A stretch of DNA of 64,000 bases from Geosiphon pyriformis uo1 (taxonomy: Eukaryota; Fungi; Glomeromycota). Position numbers and translations under genes: made by a program. Location: positions 1,991,024 to 2,055,023 of the forward strand of contig JAAOMT010000512.1 of NCBI GenBank assembly GCA_016748015.1, in the 5' to 3' direction. The first letter of the stretch is position 1. Each line of letters begins with the position of its first letter. The notes below the pieces were generated by a model, which saw nothing but the letters and a program-made list of their open reading frames with translations, was not told where the DNA came from and searched no databases. Positions 13,620 to 24,532 of this stretch are shown in pieces.

Positions 13620-16600
13620 TTTTTTCTTTTTTTTCTTTTTGTTTTTTTTGGTTATTTTTTCTAACTTATCTTTTTTTATTGTAATAAAACTGGTGAGTTC
13701 TTTTGCTGATAATTCTGGTTTGGATTTAGCTAGTTTAGAAACACACTTAAGCACCAAAAAAAAGTAAGTAAAAAGTGTATATTTTTACAATATATTTTAC
13801 AAAAAGCCAAAGAAGTCTGATATAAATATCAGTATAATTAACTTGTTTGCTAGTTTTTTAAGTCTTAAAAATATTGGTGTTTCTGGTAAAAAGTCTATAA
13901 TGTCTTAGAATAATAAGGTTGGCAGCAAAACCAATAGTATTAACAGTTTATTAAATATAGAAAATATAAAAAATACAATTGTCAAAGAGACTAATTATAT
14001 AAATTTGGATACTTTGATGGTTAATAAAAATATAAACAATATCATATCATAAAAAACTCATATTCAAACATACATGTTAGATTAACTACCAAAAGCTCTT
14101 TTATTTGTGAATTTAAGTGATAATAAAAACATCTTAATATTTTTACTACCTATATTTAATGGCTCTAAGCAACTCTTATTGGTCAGATTATATGTTTTAA
14201 AAAAATAGAGCTTTAATTGGCAAAATTTTTTGTGTTGAATATTAAGCTTTCTGCTGTGCTTAAAAATTTTTTTGGTAATAAGTTAATAACAATAAAAAAA
14301 ATTTTCTATTGTATTAATAATTTTGGAGAAGTATTAACTTTCTTAAAATTTTTTAATATAATTAAATCATCTTTTATGTCTGAATTTAATTTGAAAAAAG
14401 TTAAAGAGTTGGCAATCAATAAAAAAATTTTAGTCAATAATAATATCAGGATAACAAACAAATATACAGATTAAAAAATAATAATCAAGGAAATTTCTGT
14501 TAATCTTTTAAAATTGGCTGTAAAATCTGTTTTTTTTTTAAATTTAACAAGATTGTGTCTATTAAAATACAGTTGATTGGTCTTTGACAAAAAGCTTTAA
14601 TAGAGTTTAAATTAATTAAAATTGCCAATTTGGTTGCAGTTAAGTAGTCTGTTCTTATGAAAAAGAATTTTATTTGTGTTACAAAAACTGTTAATAATAA
14701 ATAAATATAAATATTTAAGAATTAGTATTAGACTTTGCTGTATACTTTGTCAATTAGCATTACTATTTATGATTTTTCTGATTTATTGGTTTTATATGAT
14801 AGAAAAACTTGTTTTATTGGCCATAATTTAGATTTATATATATGTAACAAATATGTTGTAATTTGTTTTGCTAATGAAATATATAAAAAAGCTGTTATTG
14901 ATTCTATTCCAGTTTTTAAAGATGTGAATTTGTATTGAGTTGGTTTTTTTTTGGCTTATTGTGCTCAATGTAAACAATTTAATTATGTTTCTGATATATG
15001 TTTAATAAGTAAAAATTTAAGTAAATGTAATAAAAAGATAATTAATTTTTAGGATCAAATCTGTCTGGTAAATATATATAAAAAAAACAGATGCCAATTG
15101 CTTGTCCAGTTTTTTTTGGTAAAAAACTTGGGCTTAGGTTGCTGATAATTTTTTTCTTATGTAAATTTTTTGGTTTTTATTAGTATTAATTCATCTTTAA
15201 ATGTTAAATCTTTTTTATTAATGTCTGTAAAAGTAAATAATAAGTTTGTTGTTCTTGAGTACAGTCTTGCTAGTCTTACAAAGCAAATCAAAAAACTGGC
15301 TAAAAAGTTGAATACACTTGAGCTAATGGTTTTTTAGCTTAGTTCTAAATGTCAGCTATTAATAACTCTTTTATTACAGAATTAAGAGACAGATATAGTA
15401 ATAAATAAGGATTTAAGTGCAGCCATTAGTAATGGGACTGTTATAAGAGCAACATTTTTGAATTTGTTAGTAATTTCTAAGTTAAAAAACAGTTTATGAA
15501 GTTTTTCAAATATAATTTTAGGCTTTATAATTAAAATAAACAATATTGGTCTTGGTTTAAACATTTTTTTTCTTAATAACTGACTTTGTATGGAAAATTG
15601 CTATGTGTAATATTAGAGATATTAATGTTCTTGTTAAGTAAACAGATATTGTTTAGTGGTATATTAATTTGAATAATATGATTTTTATTATTATAAAAAC
15701 TAAATTGAGATTTAATATTAAGTCTTAAATAATAAATAAGTTTAAAGAGTACAAATTTTTACATTTGATTTGAATAAAATTTTTTTTGGCATTGAAGTAA
15801 TTATAATTATAAACAATTTCTTGGCTTGGCATGTTTCAAAAGTTGATAAAATTTTAAACAGAATTATTTTAGTTTGTCTTTTGTTTAAAAATAAACTTTT
15901 AATGATAATTTTAAAGTTGTATACTAATATTTCTGTTAAGGCTTAATTTGAACAGGCATTGAAAATCAATTTTTTTATTGTTAAAACAGTTAATTTTAAT
16001 ACTTTGTGGTCTTAAATGAAGATTTTAATAAAAATAGATAAAAAAAAGTGTAAGTTTTAAGTTTTGTTTAGATTTGAATTTGTTTAATGTATTCAATAAA
16101 TATTTATTAACCAAAGTTTTTACTTAAAGCAATTTTAGAAGTGTTGAAAAAGTTTTAGATTTTGTGTTTGTAAATAAAAATTTGGCATTTGTTATTATAA
16201 ATTATAAGATTGATATTATGTCAAAAATTTTTAATATGGATTACAAAGCAGTTTTAGTTTTAGTTGATTTGGGTGGTTTTTTAGATGTTTATTTTAATAG
16301 TATTCATAAGCAAATTAATAAGAATTAATAAAAATTTAAGATAAAAAATACAAATAAAACCAAATAGGTGTAATTTAAGAAGTGTTTTTTTAATAAGTTG
16401 CTGGCAGTATTAGATGTGTTCAAGAAAACAAAGTTTTATGATAATTTAAATGTAATATAAAAAGTATTAAAAGAGACTATAATACAATCTGCCAATATAA
16501 TATATTTTAAATATTAGTATAATAAGTATAATTGCTCAAAAAACAAATAATTATCAAAATTTTTCAGGTTGAAACTGTTTATTGCTAAGATTGTGAAAAA

Positions 16601-16838
16601 ATAGAATTTTAGAAATCTTTTGAAATTTGATTGTTTTGTCAAAATTTGGTTGATTATCAATAATATTAAAGTGTTTAAGATTGTCAGTATAATTTAAGAT
16701 AATATAAAATTAACAAACATTATTAACATTTGTTAAATAATTAGAAAAAAGTATCAGAAATCCAAATATTATAAATTAAAAGCATCTAAAAACATAACTA
16801 TTTGGAAAGTAATTAAATAATATATAGAAAATTTCTAC
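13620..16838 (+). mobile_element. Strongly decayed LINE, 5' part (ORF1 and APE region of ORF2)
   Basis: Collinear with 3115-6260: FVLNIKLSAV, LYTLSISITIYDF, (M)TDFVWKIAMCNIRDIN at 15576. It breaks at the equivalent of CMENFC. Confidence 0.85.
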
Positions 16839-19008
16839 ACATATCCAATAGAACAAATAACAAAAACCAATTTACAAAAAACATTGCTAAAAAGAACATA
16901 CAAACTAATGAAAACTTTAGAAAACAAAAAATGAAGAGCAGTTAAAAACATTCAAAATTCACAAAAAAAACAAAAAAAACAACATAATAGCTAATTACTA
17001 GATAAACCAGTTGAATTCAGGATTAGAAATAAAGTATTATTATATCATACCAAAGTAAAAAAACAATAGAGTAAAAAATTTAATTCCAAATAGAACAGAC
17101 TATTTTACATTGAAAAAATTTTAAGAAATGAAGCATATAAACTAAGATAAGACAACAAAATTTTAATTAAAGCAATACATGAAGATTGACTAAAACTATA
17201 TTACAATATAGTATTATCATCTACCAGTAATATTCTACAACTGGAAGCACAATAAATACTAGTCTAACCAGATAAAATTCTATAAAATCTGGAACCAATT
17301 ATAATTATTAACACAAACATGTCAAAGTGATTAAAAATAATAATATAAAAAGACACAGTATACATAACAAAAGCAACAACAAAAAAATAGAAATCCCAGA
17401 CCATATCTACTCAATGGTTCAACAATTATTTCAAGCTGTAAATTAACAATAATTGAACATAGAAATCATTATTAACCACCAAACAATCTGCTATTAGAAC
17501 ACCAAAAGAGGAAAAAAAGCAGAAAATATGCTATATTAGCAATCAATAAACTCAATAAAACATTGGTCAGATAAAATAATAAAAAAAGTAAAAAATATTT
17601 TTGGAAAAAAACCCATAATTGTTCTAATAGAAGAGCTAATAAAAGAAAGTTGAAAATACTGAACAGAACAATTTCTAATACTATACTGTTACTACCAGTT
17701 AAGACAAAAGCTAAATATTTAAGAACTATATACAGACAAATTTAAAAAAATATTTAATCAAGAAATAATACAGCAAATTAAAGACTTTATTGGAAAGAAA
17801 ACAAACTTATTACTTTACATTAAAACAATCTATTGGCTATATATCATATTTCAAAATTATCCAAAAATACTACTACACTTAGAAATAGAAACAATAATCA
17901 TTAATTAATAAGAAAGAATAAACAACTCACAAGTAGAAGACATAAAAACCAAAGTCAAACAAATAGTGTCAGAAAAAAAAGTAATAGAATTAATCCAAAA
18001 TAAAGATTTTGACAGAGCTCAATATTAAAAAAAAGAAAATAATATTACTTATAAAAAAGAGTACAAAAGAAATAATAGAAAAAACAGATAAGAAAAATAG
18101 ACTAATAAGAGAATAATATTGAGCACATGAGCATATTGCTGGTAAATTATGACATATTGCTTAGCAATGTGAACAATGTTAGTAGATTAGAGCATATTGC
18201 TTAGCAATATGAGCAATGTTAGTAAATTAAAGCATATTGTTTGAGAAATTACAGCACATTGCTCATAAATATGTAAGATTTCATAAAACATTAATTATGT
18301 ATATATAGCAAGAGTATTAGAAGCAGAAAAGACAAAATTCACAGCTAGAATACACAATTAGAATCTCTGGTTAAGAAACACAGTTAAAAACAGTTCTAAA
18401 TCTATATTACATATCAATAAATTATTAATTACTACTTGAATTCATGTTATTATTGCTTGATTAACAAATATTAAACATTTCTACTCTATCAACATTTCAT
18501 GTTGATAAAATTTAAGATTTGATTACACTAAAACAATAACTTTTAATCACAGTTATTGACAGAATACTAATTTTTTCTTCTTTTTATTTTTTTCTTTATT
18601 TATTTTTTTTTTTTTTGTTTTGTTGATTTACTAATTAATTAAAAAAAAATTAATGCATAGAATATTGACATCAGGATATAACGCTAGTAAAAGACCCAGA
18701 AATAAGAATAAACATTCAGAATTGAGAATAGTTTATCAGAAAATACTGGCCATTAAGCTGAAAAAAAATTGATGAAATAAGATATTCTGAAAAGCTATGG
18801 ACAATAACACATATTAACTTAAAGATTGAGGAAAAAACTAAAAATACTATAACAAAATATTCACATTAAATTTCTGTCTATTATACAAAAGACTCAACTA
18901 AAATTTTTAAACACTAAAATCTTCAGATATTACCAATTATATTACTTCTTAAGCACCAAGTTACAGATTTGTTATTTGTTTTTAAATCTCAAATAATCAT
19001 TTGTAACA
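16839..19008 (+). mobile_element. 3' fragment of a Ty3/Gypsy LTR retrotransposon (integrase C-terminus, extra ORF, PPT, 3' LTR)
   Basis: Decayed GPY/F-type integrase tail EFRIRNKVLLYHTK...K*NRLFYIEKILRNEAYKL...IHED*LKLYY. Purine tract 18027-18042, then an LTR ending GTAACA at 19008. Confidence 0.82.
18043..19008 (+). repeat. 3' LTR (~966 bp)
   Basis: TATTAC (from TGTTAC)...GTAACA; reverse-complement homolog of the LTRs at 19852 and 21813. Confidence 0.88.
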
Positions 19009-19851
19009 ATGCTTTAAAGAAAAACTGTAAACTTTGACTGGTTTTATAGGATATATGAAAAGCTTATAATTTTGTTAGATGAAAACATCTTAAAAAAAGT
19101 TTGGTTAGGATAAAGATGTGTGACAGATTTATTCAATTTTTTAGTAGTATTTACAATGATTATGTCAACAAAATAATAATTGACTTTGAATTAACAAGTA
19201 AATATTAAGTACATAATAGTTTGGATTAAAGGAAAGTGTTTTTGTCTCTTTTTTAGCACATATTTTATGATCCTTTTTTGTGTAAAGTCAAGAAACAGAA
19301 AAATATGTGTATATATAGATTAAATTCTCATTTTGTTATTAAAACTGGTTATGTAGAATTTTGGGCTGGATTGACATCTTTTTTTACTGCTGGTGCTTTT
19401 GTCAACAACACTATCTGAATTGGTTGCAGTTAAAATACTACCCAATACATTCTTAATATTGCAAGTGAATTTTTTTGAGTCAATAGTATTTTTATTAATA
19501 ATAACAAAACAGTAATTATTCTTATTAATTGTAGAGTTAAAAGCCCTTCTTTATCAATCAGCAGTTTACTTATTTCTATTGCTAAAAAAAAATCTTATTG
19601 TTATTTAGGTATCTTTCTATTAACTAAAGATTTATTGAAACCTAGCTTGGCTAAAACACATTCTAATGTTCAGTTTTTTGCCAATCTTGTTCTGAAAAAA
19701 ACCATTTTTGATAAGCAGTTTTTGTATTTGGTATTAGTTGTTTTCTATTTTATAGTTAGCTATAAAATACAATTTAGCTTTGTTCTTATTGATATATGTA
19801 ATAAGTAGAATGTCTTAATTTGCAAAGATTTAAAGTTAAAATTCAGTCTGC

Positions 19852-20779
19852 TGTTACAAGTAATTATTTGAGATCTTGAATCAAATAACAAATCTGTAAC
19901 TTAGTGCTCAATAGCTGAATTGTCTTGGTAATATCTAAAGGTTTTGGGTATTTGAAAGTTTTAGTAATCTGAAGGTTTTGGTTAAGTCCTTTGTATAATG
20001 GACAGAGATTCAATAATTGTTTTTAGTAGCCTTCCAGAATTGCAATTCTATCAAATTTTTTTCTTAGCATAGTGGCTGGTAATCTTCCTGGTAAGCTATT
20101 CTTAAATCTATAAGTGTTCTATCCTTGTTTTATGAGTCTTTTACCAGTTCCTATAATGTCTGTAATTTAGCATTTAATCCTTAATCAATTAGTAAACAAC
20201 AATAAAAGAAAAGAAAATAAAATAAAAGAAATAAGCCAAGGCAATAAATGTTAGTATCTTGTTAATAACCATGATCAAGAGCTATTGTTCTAGTGTAATT
20301 AAGTATTTGATACTATCAACATAAAGTGTTGATAGTGGAGAAAGCAATTTAGATGGTAAATAATTATTTATTGATATTGATAATTCTAATAGAGATATGG
20401 TAATAGAGAGATATTGACAATTATTCTTCTTGGAAATTCTAATAATTATGATCTGTAAGTCTAATTGACTTTGGGAGTTTACTTGACTAATTTTCTAGCT
20501 TTTGATACTACTGTTATATATATATAATTTATGTTATACAAGATTTTGTATATTTGTAACCAATATGCCATAATTTCTTAAGCAATGCTCACATTATTGA
20601 GCAATATGCCTTTAATTTTTAACAATGTGCTCATTGTTAAGCAATGTACTGTAATTCTCTAACAATGCTTTACATTGTTAAGCAATATGCTCACATGCTA
20701 AATATTATTTTTTTATTAGTCTATTTTTCCTATTCATTTTTCTTACTATTTTTTTTGTATTCTTTTTCTATGAGTAATA
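19852..20779 (-). repeat. 3' LTR (~928 bp)
   Basis: Direct repeat of 21813-22677; adjacent to the PPT. Confidence 0.9.
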
Positions 20780-20832
20780 TTATTCCCTCCTTTAATATTG
20801 AACTTCTGCAAAATCTTTTAAATTTCTTTTTT

Positions 20833-21040
20833 GTATTAATGTTGTTGCTGTAATTTTTATTGCTATTTTTAAATTTAATTTTATACATGACTGAGATTTT
20901 TAACTATAGTGGTCTGTTCAGAATATTCAAGTTCAAATCTTGCATTTGTATTATGTACATGTTTAGACATAATGCTCTTATTATCATTACTAAATTGAGT
21001 TTCTGCTTTATTGTAAGATCTAAAAGTGTGATATATCATT
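20833..21040 (-). pseudogene. dUTPase domain remnant inside the LTR element
   Basis: Minus strand reads FSNDNKSIMSKHVHNTNARFELEYS...KIAIKITATTLIQ. HNTNARFEL is mostly a G-to-A decay of dUTPase motif 1 (H-x-x-DAGFDL). Confidence 0.6.
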
Positions 21041-21812
21041 TGGTATTTGAAGTAGAGTTTGAATTGTTGTTGGTAAAGTTTAAATCATTATTGTCATTAG
21101 CAAAGTTTGAATTGTTGTCATTATTAATAAAGTTTGAATTGGGATTAAGTTTTGATTCCAATTCTGATTTGTTTTTGCTAATTGGCTCTTTTTCAAGTAT
21201 ATGACACATAAGAGTAAATTGTGACTACATTCTAATATTCTGACTCAGAGCTGTTAGGTGAGTTTTGCTAATTTATTGGTACTGTGAAAATTAGGTTTTA
21301 TTGGACTATTGGAGATAAGTTTCCTTGTATAATAGTGGTGTTTGGAATTTATTGGACTTCAAATGTTCAGGTTTTTAAATAATTTCTGAAGTTTGAATTG
21401 CTAGAGGTTTAACAAGTTTTATCAATGATAAATTTTTTTGTATGATAACAGAATTGGAATTATTAGGTTTTGAATGTTTAGGTTTTTAAATGATTGGTTC
21501 TTGAATAATTGAAGTTTTAATTTAACAAGTTTTTAATAAATTTATCAAAAGTAAGTTTCGAATATTTGGGATTTTAATGATCAGGTTTTGAATAATCAGA
21601 GTTTTAATTTAACAAGTTTTAATGAGTTTATTAATAGTAATGTTCAAATATTTAGGATTTCAATTTAACAAATTTTTTAAAGGTAATGATAAAATAAGAA
21701 TTTCACAAATCCTAAGTGATTTTTTTTTGTTTTCTTTTGGTTTGCCACTTTCCTGCATGATTGTTATTGGTACTGGTTTTTTGTTGAATTATATTTTACA
21801 AAAAGCACCAAA

Positions 21813-22677
21813 TATTATAGATGATTATTTGGGGTCTTGAATTAAATAACAAACCTGTAACTTGGTACTTAATAGTTAAATTGTCTTGGTAATATCTGAA
21901 GATTTTGGTTATCTGAAGATTTTAATAATCTGAAGATTTTGGTTGAGTCTTTTGTATAATGAACAGAAATTCAATAGTTGTTTTTAATAGTTTTCTGGAA
22001 TCGCAATTTCATCAAATTTTTTTCTTAGCATAGTGGCTTATAATTCTCTTGGTAAGCTATTCTCAAATCTGTAAGTGTTCTACTCTTGTTTTATGGGTTT
22101 TTTACCAGTCCCTATGATGTCTGTAATTTAGCACTTAATCTTTAATCAATTAGTAAACAACAACAAAAGAAAATAAAATAAAATAAAAGAAATAAGCCAA
22201 GATAATAAATGTTAGTATCTTATCAATAGTTGTAATTAAAAACTATTGTTCCAGCATGATCAAGTATTTGATACTATCAACATAAAGTGTTAATAGTGGA
22301 AAAAACAATTTAGATGGTGAATAATTATTTATTGATATTGATAATTCTAATAAAAATTTAATAATAAAAAGGTATTAGTAATTATTCTTCTTGGGAATTC
22401 TAATAATTATGACCTGTGAGTTTAATTGACTTTAAGAGTCTAATTATTTCTAGTAGTCTACTTGACTAATTTTCTAGCTTCTAATACTACTACTATATAT
22501 ATATAATTTATGTTATATAAGATTCTGCATATTCATAAACAATGTGCCATAATTTTTCAAACAATGCTCACATTACTGAACAATATGTTCATATGCTAAA
22601 TATTATTTTCTTATTGGTCTATTTTCTCTATCTGTTTTTTTTACTATTTTTTTTGTATTTTTTTTCTATAAGTAACA
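21813..22677 (-). repeat. 5' LTR (~865 bp)
   Basis: Direct repeat of 19852-20779; followed on the minus strand by TT and the PBS. Confidence 0.9.
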
Positions 22678-23524
22678 CTGCCTCTTGATTTTCCAAGTAA
22701 TGTGCTTTATCATTTTTTTTTGTATAGTCTAAAAACTTTTAAGCAGATTTAGGCTAAGAGCAAATTGGTCTTTTTTGTGAATTTTGTAAACTCTATTGGA
22801 ATTTTGGGTCATTTGTTTTCTTATAGATTTTATAACTTGCAAATTTTGTGTTGGAATTTGATTTATCTTTTGTGCTTTTTGGCTTGTATTAGGGTTAGTT
22901 TTTCTAATAACTTTTTGGCAAATGTGATTTGTATTTTTTTGAGTACAATCTATGTCTGAGTGGTTCTATAAACAATTTTTTTCATTTTGGAAGTGGAACT
23001 TTTATGTTAACTGTTCTTAGCAGATCTAATTTTTTTAAGTTTTTTTCTTTGCTTCAACAATATGGCATTGCTTTTGTAGACCAACTTTGTTGTCAAAATG
23101 GTAATATTTTTAATTGAAAAACTTTCAAATAGTAGAAGAGATTAGACTTTTGTGACCTTATTCCTAAATAATTTAAGCTTTTTGTTAACTTTTTTAGTGA
23201 TGTGGTCTTTTTTTCTATCTGCTTCTCTTTTTTAGGTAATGTTAGACTTTTTAATATTCTTAAGTCAAGTGAATTTGAGTTGGTTTGTGATCATTTGTTT
23301 ATTGTTAATGTTAGTAGTCTGTCTGTTTATATAAATAAGTCTCTAAAAGACTTGAAGACAATTAACATAAGAGCTAAAGCTGTGGTTTTTTTTGAAGATG
23401 TAAATTTGGGTTTGGGTGTTAAGATTTCTGGTTTAATGTTCTCTATATTAGCAAAGTTGCATATTATTACATTGGTTTTTAAGTGTGTCTTTTCTTATAA
23501 CTTAGTTTAATTATTTATAGACAG

Positions 23525-24532
23525 TGTTATGGGTAAACTTGGTGGGATATGGTGGTAATGTTTAATGTTCTAATTTAGTGTTTTAAGATTGTATGTTTTT
23601 TACAGAATTGATGTTTATCAGTTTTTAAAGGTCTTTTCTGAATGTAAATTTATCCATTGAGTTCTTTGGTTATAAGGCACAAAGATTTGGTTTTTGCTAA
23701 TTGTAACTTCTTTAAAAATGTGAGCTATCTTTTTTAAGCTAATAAGCACAGTCATTAGGGTTTGGCATTGTCTTTTTGCCCTTCTGGTAAGCTAACAAGA
23801 TAATATTAATATTCAAAACTTAGAGAAAGCCTCCCTTTTTTACCAGGCTATTATAAAGTTTATTCCTAAACAGTCAATTTTCTTATGTTGCCACTCCACA
23901 AAAGAAAAATAAAAAATAAAAAAAAATAAAAAAATAAAAAAAATAAAAAAATAAAAAAAATAAAATAAGAAATAAGTGTTCTGTCAATAGCCGTAATTAA
24001 AAGCTATTGTGCCAGCAAGTTAAATAGTAGATAATAACATAAATTTGAACAATTGAAGAGATATTTTATTGATATAATTCTATTTTGGTTGATAGCAACT
24101 ATCCTTGAAAGAAGGAGTATTTAATAATTATGACCTGTAAATCTAATTGACTTTGAGAGTATAATTGACTCCTGAAAGTCTAATTTTCTCTCTGGATGTC
24201 TTTAAATGTCTTTTTAACTTCTATAGCTACTTATTTTATACATTTTTTTTGTTTTACAAGATTGCTTTTGATTGTTCTGTTATTGCTAACTATTGCTTTG
24301 CTATTTCTGTAATTGCTTTGTTTTTCTATATTATCACTAGTTATTCTATGTTATAACATATTATCTAGTGTTATTATATGTTATTTTGTGTTATCCTATG
24401 TTATAATGTGTTATCCTGTATTATTCTAAGTTATAATGTGTTATTCAATGTTATTGCGCACTATTCTGTATTATGTCACATTTTGGTCATGTTTTTTTAT
24501 AACTTTAGATTGGTTTTTTTATTTGGGTAATA
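23525..24532 (-). mobile_element. Solo LTR (related subfamily) with 4-bp TSD ACAG
   Basis: TGTTAT...GTAATA termini; ACAG at 23521-23524 and 24533-24536. Removal restores the RNase H segment gac agt taa gtg gct ttg gat. Shares the hairpin motif and taattatgacctgt-tctaattgactttg with the other LTRs. Confidence 0.88.

Larger units (their letters stand above)
19852..22677 (-). mobile_element. Internally deleted 2.8-kb LTR retrotransposon (two LTRs, PBS, PPT) with 4-bp TSD CTGC
   Basis: TGTTAC...GTAACA termini; CTGC at 19848-19851 and 22678-22681. Removing it restores LINE codons agt ctg cct ctt gat. PBS-like TGGTGCTTTTTGT at 21810-21798; PPT AAAGGAGGGAATAA at 20793-20780. Confidence 0.92.

Noticed and set aside
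18120-18265. Repeat array checked as CRISPR-like
   Set aside because: Eukaryotic context, no unique spacers and no cas genes; it is an LTR tandem repeat.
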